DNA from: Lingula anatina
Taxonomy: Eukaryota > Animalia > Brachiopoda
Assembly (NCBI GenBank): GCA_051362555.1
Contig: CM120640.1
Coordinates: 35,173,967 to 35,237,966, forward strand
Direction: 5' to 3'
DNA length: 64,000 bases
Part shown: positions 36,301-48,600 of the stretch, in pieces
How the letters are laid out: every line of letters starts with the position of its first letter
Numbering within the stretch: position 1 is the stretch's first letter
Made by a program: the position numbers and the translations under genes
The notes under the pieces: model-generated
Seen by the model: the letters and a program-made list of their open reading frames with translations, nothing else
Told to the model about the DNA's origin: nothing
The model's database searches: none

Positions 36301-38036
36301 ATGTTAAGTCTTCCATACCATCCCCAGGGACCAATTGGGCCATGTCTAAAGGCCTGGACTTGCTGAGCTGTCCATTTGGTTTGGTGCCAGGAGCTGCTGG
36401 TACTATTTGCTCAGACTTGTTCTCTTGTCTCTCTGAAGGTTCTTGTTTCTGGGGCAGTTTCTTGTTGATTTTTCCTTTGGTTTTCTTTTTGGACTGTATC
36501 TTCTCAATTGGTGGCATGCCAAATGCTTGTGGTTGGTTCTTTGTGGCATTCAACATCTGCCTTGTTAAGGTTTCGGGTATTGGTGGCTGCTTAGAAATTG
36601 CTGCTGCTGGATAAAATTCCAAAATTTCCAAATAAAAATTGAGGTTATTTTACAAAAATGTGATTTCTTGTACTAATCAAAGCCTTTTTTTATCACAGAT
36701 AGATATTCACAGACAGTGAAAAAAGAGCTTCTTTGATCAAACTTTACAAATCATTACGTATTTATTATACCCTGTTTCAGTTGTGGTTTCACTAAAGTTG
36801 GGCGTGGCAACAGCTGCTTTGGACCCAACACTGGACTATGACATCTTTCCAAACAAGCCAAGGAACCCGGGTGAACTGTCTCCAGTTTATCAAATACTTG
36901 ACCCTGGGCATCACTTGGCACAACTTGATAGTCAAATGAGTCCCACAGATACTGCAGTTGACTTTTTATAGGGTTTCTGTTGACTTTGACAGCTCTTTCT
37001 TTAGCTTTACTAAAAGGAACATATATAAAAGTCACATATAGTTATTGATTGATTGTCATATATTCCTTGCAGCAGTTAGATTTTTTATCTGCTTATTTAA
37101 TATTTTTTTATCAATTATTATTATTCACGAAACTTTTTTATGTATTATCCAGTTATAAATTTTTGCATAGCAAAAATAGAGTTAACTATTCCACTTCAAA
37201 AAAGCAATAAAAAACAAACAAAAAAGTTTAAAATTTTGTTTTAAAGAAAACTGCTTACCTGCTTTTTGTTTGGAGTTTTGCCTGGTGCTCAATAAACTGC
37301 TGCTTTACTTTTTCCATGCTCAAGTCTTCACTGTTACCAACCAGTTTAGCTGGAAAAAGCAAAATATGAAATTGTTCAACAACAACAACAATCCACATTA
37401 TTTTGCCCATCATCATAGTCACTTTCATCAATTGCATTAACATTACTATTTTCCAAAATATTAAATATCTATGTGATTTACCTCAGCAATAAATAAATTA
37501 ATAAAACAGTAAATGTTTTCTCTTTCATTCTCAAAGCATGGAAATATGCGATGTCCTACCTTTTTCGTTCAAAAGCGTTTGCAGTAACCCTTCAAGAAAT
37601 ACCATATGCTTGGATGCTTCTTTCAAAATCATCGCCTAAAGTTAAAACCGCATGGTATCATATCATCCTAACTTCATTACAATATTATTACTGATTTCAA
37701 AATAGTCAATTCTAATCTTTAAAATAATAAGAAGGTATGTTACTTAAATACTTGGGTTTAAAGGTTATATGAATTTCAAAGAAAATTCTAAACAGCATCT
37801 TCAGATATGTGAGCCTGTGGTCACTACATTTTATGCACTGTAAAATTGTAATTGTAAAAAAAAAAAAAAGAAGAAGAAGAAGACAGGGGGAGGATGCACA
37901 CCTTAGTAATTTTCATACGTCTTCCTTCCTTCCCATTGTTGTCAATTAAAACTATCTGTTTCAGGGTTTCATAACAGCCTGCAATGCTGGCCCGCCATTT
38001 AGCATCTGACCGACGACGACGTTGCTTTACAGACAT
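29772..38036 (-). CDS. STRA8: STRA8-like protein (N-terminal bHLH, HMG-like box, acidic tail), ~15 coding exons, roughly 700 aa
   Basis: Exons ~37902-38036, 37560-37635, 37259-37349, 36771-37010, 36199-36607, 35726-35819, 35390-35461, 34971-35057, 34180-34267, 32787-32891, 32486-32614, 32029-32244, 31477-31743, 30043-30135 and 29772-29825. N-terminus RRRRSDAKWRASIAGCYETLKQIV...TKAMILKEASKHMVFLEGLLQTLLNEKAKL..SMEKVKQQF. A later spliced block reads DFDGYLKFYKETAKEL...LSSTIADMWQKLPEDFR. Both resemble the two conserved blocks of vertebrate STRA8 as I recall them. Middle exon boundaries are less certain. Confidence 0.75.
30288..31395. mobile_element. Non-autonomous PIF/Harbinger-like element (~1.1 kb) in a STRA8-like intron
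   Basis: TIR GGCCACACCTTTTTAATTTTATGGATGACATCCT with an imperfect reverse complement ending at 31395. TAA TSD at 30285-30287 and 31396-31398. CpG-rich interior. Confidence 0.88.
33243..33795. mobile_element. MITE with 17-bp TIRs and 3-bp TSD in a STRA8-like intron
   Basis: TACCCCATTCACACTAC...GTAGTGTGAATGGGGTA; ATA is duplicated at 33240-33242 and 33796-33798. Confidence 0.85.
33965..34118. mobile_element. Small MITE-like inverted repeat
   Basis: GGGCTCTGTAACTCGAAATCATCA...TGATGCTTTTGAGTTACAGAGCCC, ~30-bp imperfect arms; no clear TSD. Confidence 0.7.
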
Positions 38037-39526
38037 CTTTCCTTTTCACATCAGGGCCTGAGAAGTAAATAAAGTATTAAAAAAATTCTGGGTACTTAAA
38101 AATGTACCCTCTACTATTCAAACAATTTAAAAGTATCAAAAAATTATTCACTCTGAAATTACCAAAATAATTCATTTAAAGAGCACAGGCATTAATTAAA
38201 GTCACCACATAAATTAATTTAGAAAAATATTCAAAATCAAAGTCTTATACATGCACTGACAAAAGTTTTTGGACATGTCCTAGGGGCAAGCATGTACTTT
38301 CCCAAAATTAATACTTGCTGTGAAAAATGTCTGTACATGCTCAAAAGTAGAATCACTCAAATATTTAAATACTCCCCCCCTCAACACTTCCCTCTCTATG
38401 CTTACATAGACTTTTACACTTTAAAAAATGTAAGTCACTCAGGTGAGAAAAACACCGAACAACTATGCTCAGAAAAACCATTAATTTGCTCCTTTGCACT
38501 AATTTTTACTTGTCTGACAACTCCAATGACTCTCCAATCACTTGCGGCCCTGGATGTACTTGCAAGCCTTATTGTCAACACTTGTTACTAGTATGGGGTG
38601 GGGATTACTGCAAAAGAAATTCATTTTTCAAACAGTAATTCAAGCCAGGTTAGTTGCAAATAAAGGCCAACTTGAAGTTACATGGTCTTTAACTGAAGAA
38701 AATAGAAAACCTATTTGATTAATAATATATTTTAATAGAGAACCTAACAATTAACTTCATACATTTCACCTACTCTATATTCAAACAGACTGTAATAAAA
38801 CATGGTTGACACTAAGAGGTGTCATATATTTCTACATGCAACTTCAAGGTTAGAATACAGATACCATACAAGTAATACATATGCCTAGGGAAATATATAT
38901 GTGTTTACAGTAGTTCTGTTATCTATTATTTTGTAACATCTCCAGATCGCCAGTCCAAGTCACGATTAACGCAATAAATTAGTGAATAATAATATATATA
39001 ATAATAATTGAGAATGCACACTATACAAAAAAGTTAATGTAATCTTCATGATAATCATAATTGCCGTTGCGAATAACTGCAGATCATGATGCAGCTTTGT
39101 TGTTGATGATTGACACAACAATTTCATCATTGAATGTTTGCGGTGTTATTCAAATCTAAGCCTGACCTTTTAATTTCTGTATATTTATCTCTTCAACGCA
39201 ACAATGACAGAAATCAAATTTAGCACTAAAACTACGTCAAACAAACCATACTTGCCTTTGAAACGCTGAAGTCAGTGAAGAGCACTTGTTGCCCGCACAT
39301 TCGCAGGTCAAAAAAATCCCACGCTAAGGTGTATTTTAAAAACATTCGAGTACAACCGTTTCCCACGCTCAGTGTCAGTTGCCAAGGCGACAGTATTATT
39401 AAAGAAACAATGTTAAGAGATACCCTGGATGAAAAGAAACAACGTGTTACTTTTTTAAAACTTCGCGCAGCACTCATATAAAATTTCGCGCCTTTCACCG
39501 CATGAAAATTCACGCCACCTATCGGT

Positions 39527-42500
39527 ATGTTGAAAAACATGGCTAGGTGTTGCAGACGTCTCACCGCTGATATTGCGGGGGAGTTTCTTGCATCTGTGGA
39601 CACCTTTCTATTCGATTGTGATGGTCAGTCAGTGATATACTAAACAAGGAGTTAAATGGGTTCCTTGGCCAGGTCAAATGCATGCTATGTGGCGTAGTAT
39701 GAATGTATTGTAAAGGGACGTGGAGGGGGGGGGGGCGTAAGAGGAAGGCACAATGCTAGCACGAATTTCTATTTTCATGCGTAGCCCTCCAAGTTACGGT
39801 TGCTGATATGTACTGGATGGCAGTGGATATCCATGAGTACTGACTGTACTGGGTCTGTGAGCAGAATTTCATAAAGTTTGCGCGTCACTTTTCCATTACA
39901 CGTTTTAGGTTTTACCAGTATTTACTTCCCCCTCCCCATACATATGGTACTACTGTAGTACATATGTACAGTATAACAAAAAAGTATATGAACATCAACA
40001 AAAATCATTTGACAAAATGTTTGTATTTGTGGAATATTTGTTATATATACATGTAGTTCAAATTTAAAGGGCTCTGCATGATGTTTAAAAGACTTTAATA
40101 CTGAATTCATAGATTTATGTACTAATGATGACTGGCGTGATTTGTGTTATAATTATCTAAATTAAGTCATGGAGTTGCAAGCAACTTTTTGATGAATGAA
40201 AAATAATTGCAATTTTCATGGTTGAATAGCATTCTTGGGTAAAATGACTTAAAATTGTATAATTACACAAGTAATTATTTCTTGAAGTCTGGGTAACTAA
40301 CAAATTAACCAGAAGCCTAACCTGAAGCAATTGCAGCATAATGCATACCAGTTATAAAAAGCCACTTTTATCAAATGATGTATTTTTATTTCTGATTCAG
40401 GTGTCTTATGGAATCACCAAGATGCCACTCCTGGTGCTGTGGAAACTTTAGATAAGCTTAGAAATCTGGTAAGTTGATTGAGTATATTACAGAAAACAGA
40501 GTATTCAGTCCTCAGCCAACTCAAAATGAAAATAGTAAAGAAATAAACTTTTTGAATTCTAAAAATCTGTTGAAATCTTAATCACTTCCTTTTCCCTCCT
40601 GAATAACTGCATATCAGTCTACCATGAAATTTTCATCAAAATTTGTGAAAAACTGTGTGCATGCAGCAAAACAACTGCTATAATCAGCAATTTTACACAA
40701 GGCTGCTTACACAATGAAAGTATTCTAGTACTAATAGTCTATGGTTGTTCAAGCAAACGCTGCAGGAACTCATGCTGAACCAATCAGATTAATATATAAG
40801 CACCTTTCCTCTTGTTTCCAACATATTCGTATAATCACCAATTTTCTGTATTCTACTACACACCAGGAGGAGCCACATTAATCTTTGAAATCTGACTGCA
40901 TTCAGCGAGAGTCCACACAGAGTTGGTCCAAACTACCTACTCAGTAGCTTCATTGTGAACACACCCTAAAATAAAACAATGTGTTGTCACCTCTGTGACA
41001 GCTAGCTATTAAGATGCTTTCTTTCATTATTGCTTTATTTCAACACTGAGTATAGCCTATGTGAAATGATCAAACTGTAATTTAAATGTTTGCCTTTGAC
41101 TATTTCAGAACAAAAAGGTATTCTTTGTAACCAATAACAGCACCAAAAGCAGAGCTGACTATGTGAAGAAGTGTTTACAGCTAGGATTTCATGCTGAAGA
41201 GGTACAATATAAGTTTATTCTGAACCTCGGGAGTGTAAGTACATGTATAAGTTTATAATAACACTCACTAGTTAGTAGTATTGAGTGCCGTGTCAGAACA
41301 ATGTGATGATGAACTAAAAAGTATAAATCAGTGATTCTGCATATTACAGGATGAAATCATATGCACAGCATTTGTAGCAGCACAGTATTTGAAGTCTATC
41401 CTGCCAGCCAACAGTAAGGTCTATGTGATGGGTATGCCAGGGATGCTACAGGAGCTTGACAAGGCTGGTATCAGACATATAGGTAGTGGGGTAAGTAGAG
41501 AATAGTGGTGATGTATTATTGGAGTGAATTATAATTTCTCTCTTATGATTTTTAGGCTTTACTTGAATGAGGTCACGTGGCCTAAGCCTCATCCTTCTCT
41601 CCTCCTCTCTCTTTTGCTCTCACTAAGCCAGGGAAGACTCGTGCAATAAAGCTTTAATTCTATTTTTTAATTTTAATTCCCCAGTAGGGGACAAGAAAAG
41701 TAGCTGTCCACATCTCTGATTTATGTACAGGATTTTGGATAAAAGGCTTATAAACTTAGGAGCTTCTTTTAAATTGTGTTGAATATTTTAAGTAACACAG
41801 AATGAAATTTATTGCAGCCTGATGTTATTCACGGTACAATCACAGAATGGGTGCAGACAGAACTGGACCCAGAGGTGAGTGGCTGAAAGTGCATTCAACA
41901 GGCTGACAATAAGTCACACCTAGCACACTATTAATGGAACTACACCTAACACACTGCAATGGGTCACACCTAACACATTGCCATGGGTCACACCTAACAC
42001 TGACAAACTATGAGCACATTCGGAGCAGATGATCCACCAATCAAATATGGCTGACACCACTTAAAAAGCAATGCCACTTATGCCCTGGTGGTCTCCCTGC
42101 CTCCACAAATGCCATTAAACGGATTAAATCTCATCTCCGAGGTTTAATTGCTAGACCCCTGCAGCGATGGCACACGTTGAGGTGGGGAAACCAACAGTGG
42201 AATTAGAAGCGCCACTTTTTGAGTGGGGTCAGCCATATTTTGTCTGCGGATCACTTAGTCCACAAATCATGTGTTCTGAACGTGCTCTATACTTATTATT
42301 ATACATTGACAACACTGCACTTTAATTTATGCTCTTTCTGTCAACAACACTCATTAAACTGTTTGCAAAAGTTGTAAAGAATGAATTTGGGTAAAATTTC
42401 TTTAGCATGTTACTAAAATAATGAATTTTATAGAAAAAGAATATATTAAAATAAATGAGTTATTCTAATGTTATCATTAGCTTTTATTGAATGTAATAAT

Positions 42501-43793
42501 TATTAAATTTCACATCAGTTCACACCATAAATGGTTCTTTAAATATTCATACTTTCTTGCTAGAATGCGCCTCAGCGATCAATTCTGATTTTTATGCTAT
42601 AATTTTCCCTCTATTTTTAAAAAGGTGAACTGTGTGTTATTGGGCTTTGATGAAAACATCAGTTATCTTAAAGTTATGAAGGCAGCATCTTATGCACGTC
42701 GCAAGGGTGCATTCTTTGTGGCCACAAATGAGGACAATGAACTTCCAATGGATGGGCCAATAGTTATACCAGGTTGGTACTTCCAGAAAATTTATTTTCC
42801 TCTGATTTACTGCAATTTCTTTTCATTGTTTATTTTTGTTAAATATCCTTATGGTCAGTGTTTTCCAAATTCAAATTAAGGATAAGGCAAGTGACAAAAA
42901 TGTACTTTTTATTATCTGAAAACCAATTGCCAAGTTCTTTTTATCTTTTATGCAATCTAGAAATTTTTTGTTTGTTTGTTTATTTGTTTTATTTGATAAT
43001 TTTAATCATACTTATTTTATATTTTCATTTTCAGTCACATTTAATTGAGCTTATTTTATTTTAATACAGTACAAGAAGTAAATTTGTGACTCTTCTGTTT
43101 TTCACAGGTACTGGAGTTGTAGTGGCCGCAGTGAAGACAGCAGCTGCTCGAGATCCAATTGTAGTAGGCAAACCCCATCACCCTATGTTTGATATGATAG
43201 CCAAGTCATTCAGTGTAGATCCAGACAGGACAGTCATGGTGGGAGACAGGTAAGGACACTGTTTTACATCAGAAAAAAGTCACACTGGTGCTGTGGGTAT
43301 GTTTGGTATCCTATTAGCCAGCGATTTCCTTTTCTGAAAAAGCAGACCTTTTTACCCCCACCCACTCACTCATGTATGGGCCTGCAATGTTTGGGATAAT
43401 TTTATTCTCTTGAAAATTCAGTTTAACCATATGTCAATTCCAGTTTCTGTCTGACTAATGATCCACAGTGTCCATCTGTCATTTAGATATATGCGTATGC
43501 ATCACATATTATTCACCTGGCTCATTATTCTCACTCATTGTCATGAACTTGATTTATTTTTATATATCACTTCATTTCCTGTATGTCATCCAGTCTTATG
43601 TTTATATTCTAGGTTAAACACAGACATCATGTGGGCAAATAATTGTGGACTTCATTCTATAATGGTCTTGACGGGAATAGCAACTTTAGAAGAGGCTCAA
43701 CACCTAATGACCAGCAATTCTATAGAACACCAAAAGCAAATACCAGAATTTTATTTAGACAAGATAGGAGACTTGGAGGAGTTCTTGAATTGA
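39527..43793 (+). CDS. PGP: HAD-IIA phosphatase (phosphoglycolate/glycerol-3-phosphate phosphatase-like), 8 coding exons
   Basis: Exons ~39527-39623, 40401-40468, 41109-41201, 41351-41491, 41818-41874, 42626-42773, 43108-43249 and 43613-43793. Motifs FLFDCDGVLW, FFVTNNSTKSR, FVATNED..PGTG, VVGKP, MVGDRLNTDI. The start could be 39527 or 39539. Confidence 0.92.
42009..42291. mobile_element. Degenerate MITE-like inverted repeat in a PGP intron, preceded by a short ~23-bp tandem repeat (41913-42000)
   Basis: GAGCACATTC..AAATATGGCTGACACCACTTAAAAAG compared with the reverse complement of CTTTTTGAGTGGGGTCAGCCATATTT..GAACGTGCTC. Confidence 0.6.
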
Positions 43794-43979
43794 TAATAAA
43801 GGACACATAGTTACATAAATCAAGAGATGAAAATGTCCTAATTAAATGTTATTGATGTGCACTTGGTTACCGTATTATCCATGTCATCATGATTGAAATT
43901 TCCAATTCAGTTTAATCTTATCCATTTCATCATGATTAAAATTTCTAATTCAGCTTAATCTTGTGAGCTAAATGATTTG

Positions 43980-44010
<31 letters not shown>

Positions 44011-44039
44011 CATATACATATACATATATATATACCCCA

Positions 44040-45399
44040 AACTTTAGGTTCAAAAGATGTGCAGACAGCAAACGGCTCTCCTGGTCTGCCCTTTCTGACT
44101 TCCAGCAGCATCAACAGGTCCGCACAATCCTATCCAATGATCAGATGTGCTTTATTTACATCTGGAATCTCTGTGATATTAAGGTTGTTGAGATGCAGCC
44201 AACGCTTCAATTCTACCTCATGAACTTGGCCTGAGATGTCAATGTTAAGCTCCTATCTTACAGTGACCTCATGTATCTTTAGAGGTGTCTTGTTGTCCTG
44301 TATACTGCTAACCAAGGAACATTGCCACTATTGTTTCTATCTGGAGCCTTTCTTGTGATATAGTCGTGAATTCTTAGTGGCATTTGTGTCCCATTTGCTC
44401 CCAGTCTTTTGAAGAGTTCTTCTGTGCAAGGTGGCATTTGTCCCAATATATAACATGGAAAAGGTGTTTAGTTGGAGTCTGGGCATCTAATTCTGGCTGG
44501 AACAATTGGGAGCGCTTATTTTCCTTCTGAGCTGTTTACAAGGTTGTTCATCTGCAGTTTAGGTGCTGGTGTGCCCTGGTTGTTGGACTGGCATAGTGTG
44601 GTTGCCCTGTGATGGATTGTGTGTAGGAAAATGTAAAAATATCCATCCATCCACCCTGCATCAGATGGTGCTTTGACATTTTCTTGAGTCATGCCCGATG
44701 CAGTAATTCATCAGGCAAGTAAGATTTATTCCAGGATCTGCTGACTTGTTGTCCACTGTGTTTTTAAATGCTCTAAAGCATGGCCAAAATTGGAGTGGGT
44801 TTCCACCAAACATCTGCAGCTCATTTCTTGGTAACTGCAAGGTGTCAACAACAGTCTGCTGTTGAATCCTGGATTCTCTAGAACTTGGGGCACTGGTGTT
44901 ACAGTCTTCAGGGGAAATAATACACCATGGCTCCCACAATATCCAGGGGGTTTTAGATGGGCTTGAGGAATGCTCTGGCTGATATTTCCTGTCTCTGGTA
45001 CCTCTTACTGTGCATCTGGTACCTCTTCCTCTGCATTTATTCTTCTTTCATTATCACAGTTAATCATTAATTAATTAATTAATTAATTAATTAATTAATT
45101 AATTATTCTACTGTCTAAATTGTGGTTTCACCAGATGAGTTGTCAACCATGGCTAATACAGAATGATGGCAATTATATAATTATAATTGATATTATTTAG
45201 GTATATTTTACTGATACAATTCTAACCTATACAAAACATCTAGTCATTGCATAGCATCAATAATTATCTATTTATGTATTATTTGTTATTGTATTAATTT
45301 CCAATATATATGTATAACAGGTCAATTCTTGTAGCTCAGCCTCCAAGGCATGTTTTTTTTTCCTTCAGTCACAGCTGCTGATGCTGTCTCTCTATTTCC

Positions 45400-45447
<48 letters not shown>

Positions 45448-45650
45448 CCATCAGCAGTTGCTGTTTCCTTATCTGCAACTCTTGCTGCTGTGAAATGGCA
45501 TCAAATTCTATGTGTGGGTCAGGTTGTGTTTTTAGGACCACTTCGTCCTTTTCCTTTAGGGTATCCATATCTTTCAGGAATATTGAACTGTAGGAACTTT
45601 AAATTCTGGGTATAACAGAGGAGTATTAAATCATGCAGTCCATCAGAAAT
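44040..45650 (-). mobile_element. Decayed BEL/Pao LTR-retrotransposon gag remnant
   Basis: LQLPRNELQMFGGNPLQFWPCFRAFKNTVD..LMNYC resembles the BEL/Pao gag (DUF1759) start. It is preceded by coiled-coil fragments and interrupted by stops, (TAAT)n and poly-T. No LTRs or pol were seen. Confidence 0.7.
45061..45105. repeat. (TAAT)n microsatellite
   Basis: Tandem TAAT/TTAA units. Confidence 0.9.
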
Positions 45651-48600
45651 ATCAAAGTCAGGGATTTTTATCTCCAGAAAGTTTAAACTATAAGATGCGT
45701 AGTGTTAGGAAGGGGGTAAAAGGACTTGCTATATAATATATTATTTATTGTTTCTTCTGTCTTAACCAAGTATTGTACACTCATCATTGACGGTTTAAAC
45801 TGAAATAAAACACTTAAGTCCTTTAATACAATAGATATGGAACCTAAATTACCACTAAAATATTCAAAATTGTTATGATTGAGCGGCCAAAAACTAATTA
45901 CATCATCAGCTTTGCCAAGCTTTCTTCTTATTGGAGCCGCATGTTGAAGCATTGCTTCTCTGGCGTTCTATGGCGGCTTCCTCCCTTCTCTTAAGTTCCT
46001 CTGCATCTTTCTTCATTGCAGAAGGTGGTCTACCTAGTCTGAAGTTGACATGCATGGCCAACGCCCTCTTGCAATCCTAAGAGCATTTGTCAACAGATTT
46101 GTAAGAGGTTCAAAACACGACATTTCGAATTCTTGAATTGAGATTTACGCAAATGTAAATCGAATACAGAAAAAGTGTTGCCGCATCGCAACTCGATCCC
46201 GTACCTACCTATCTATTGTCTTCTGCGCATGTGACGTCTCCATGGGATATGAAAAGTTGTAAAGAGATTTTGATTATGACGCCTTGTTGCAAATAAAAAC
46301 TTTGTTGTTGTGAAAAATCCTTTGTTGGTTTCATAAGTATCCTCTTAGATAATGACAAAATATTTAACCGTGGACATTACTTTTAGAATATCGAAACCTT
46401 TAAAATGGCAGAAAAGCCCCAATTCTGAAAAGTATATCGAGCGAAATCTCGCCACAAATTGCTCCACTAAGATTGATTTCCATTGCATTTTCGATACTGC
46501 TTCCCGTATTGCCCCCTACTGCAAATGGCACCATTTTTTAAATTTTATTTCGGAACGGAATTAATCACTATCTCTCGCTAAGCTTCATTGAAGGAAATTA
46601 AACTGAAGAAGCCACTCGTTTATGTCCAAGTGGGTAGCCTAATGATTGCCACCGAAATCGAATTTCCAATAAGACCCGTGAAAGCCACTATTTATTTCCC
46701 GACATGTGTGAAACATTTATATTTTATTTAAATAAAGCGTGATCCGTGAACAGGGGCGGATCCAGGATTATTTGAAGGGAGGGTCCGCGGATGCGAAGCC
46801 GACCCCCCCCCCCTCCTTTGGCGTGGGGTTTGGGGCCAGCTGAAGGGCCCCTACATTTTTTGGTATTTTAGAGGGCGAACGGTGCCATTTGGCACTGTAT
46901 AGAACTATGATGCAGCTAGTCAAAATTCTAATTACAAGAGGGGACCAGAAATCTATGATTTATTTTTAAATGGATGAATACTAAATGGTAAATAAAAACT
47001 TGAAACTATTTTTTTACACAACGTGTTGTAGATTTACTGAATGAAATTCGCTCAGTTAGTTACATACAGTTACTATGCATGGTTACTAAAAGTGATTTAA
47101 TGAAACAAAGCGCCAACAGTTTCTTTCATAGTTTTCAAAACAAGAGGAACTTAATTTAATACAAACATATACCAATTCTTTAAATCATTTTGCTCAGTTT
47201 TAATATTATTTGTGTTTTATTCGTGCATACACATTAATTCTCTAGAGTTTACTTTTGGAAAATTACCTCTAGATGTAACATACAAGAAAATCCAATAAAC
47301 TTGTGGAAACAAATCTTTTCCTTAAAAAGTGTCCATCTATGTTTTAAGAAGTATAAAGAAAGAAAAGAGAAGTATCAATAACCTTATTACGGTTACGCTG
47401 TACCGTAAGATTGAATGAAAATCTCGCCTTTTTATCACAATCCCGCCCCAGTTCGTTCATTCGACCTATGAAAGCTGATTTATATGCACAGTCACGCATT
47501 GTCAGTGATTGACTTTCGCATTGACTTTGAAATTACGTTTTTAATTTTATGCATTTTTGTTGTGTGTGCGTGTGTGTCATGATGACTTTATCAAACCCTA
47601 ATCCTTTTTTCAAGATGGGGTTTATTGTGCCTTCTCATGAAAAAGTTTACCGAAGCATCCGCAGGGAAAGTAGGTGACCTCTTCATTATTATGTAAATCA
47701 GGTGACCGTCTTGGTGAGAGGTGCTCAGATAGGACCAAGGTCAGTAGAAGATGGAGAAGAAAGGTGTTCCATGCCATATTACTGCTACTGCCACACGTAG
47801 GCCCAAAAGATGGCACGCAAACCGGCAGAATATCTCGTAAGTTCCGTACAGATGATAGAAAATGTATTGTAGCATCTCTTAGTTTTGCAATGACGATATT
47901 TTCCCCGAAATGGTGCACTCGACGCTGCCATGACCATGGGGACATATAATTGACGTGAAGAATACTTTCTCTTAGCTTTCCCTCAATGTCTTTTGGGCAC
48001 CCTTTTGTTTCTGATACCATTAGCTTTCCATGAGGTTTCAATATTATTAATACTAGTACATATACATGTATAATTTGAAATTTTAAGTGCGATTTGTTAA
48101 ACATAACGTAAAGGACACTGACACGAATTACTGTAATGAACATGTACTGCTTTATCAGATTTTTAGACATTGTTTCATGAATGTGAATTTACTCCTTTAA
48201 TTCCAGTGACTCTAAGTACCGTTTACGAAGATACCAGAAGCGTCCTACTCAGAGACACGGTTCATGTTCGACACATACAGCCCCACACCCATGCCAAGAT
48301 TGCCTCCTATGTCGACGTTTGTCTTCTCGTCAATTTGCAGGGACGACATTTAGTACGGAATGTTATGTTTGCTTTTGGTTGTAACAGTCTGCTCCAAAAC
48401 GTATATCAAATTAAAAGTCGAATAAAATTAGCTTTTTGATTCATCAAATTTCTCATAGAAATTGAATCCATACTAAACGTCCACCCTGCATGTTACTGGT
48501 TTGCTTCTTTTGCTAATTGTATGTTACAATGCCGTAGTACAGTCCTCTATCTGATCATGGTGTTATGAGGGTAATTTATGTATACTTTAGGGTCGGGGTT

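Noticed and set aside
40735-40935. Weak inverted repeat in PGP intron 2 (another at ~41553-41655)
   Set aside because: The arms are too degenerate and lack TSDs, so no element is called.
41913-42000. Short direct repeats resembling a CRISPR array
   Set aside because: A eukaryotic intronic minisatellite without unique spacers or cas genes.
45900-46130. Short minus-strand frame with an AT-hook-like GRP and a charged helix
   Set aside because: Interrupted by stops and next to retroelement debris; not supportable as a gene.
46751-46900. CAGGGGCGGATCCAG, a typical MITE/hAT-like terminus
   Set aside because: I found no matching opposite terminus or TSD, so boundaries cannot be defined.
47622-48439. 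182-aa and neighbouring ORFs in the gene-poor region
   Set aside because: No recognisable domain or splice structure; possibly TE debris, but it cannot be assigned.
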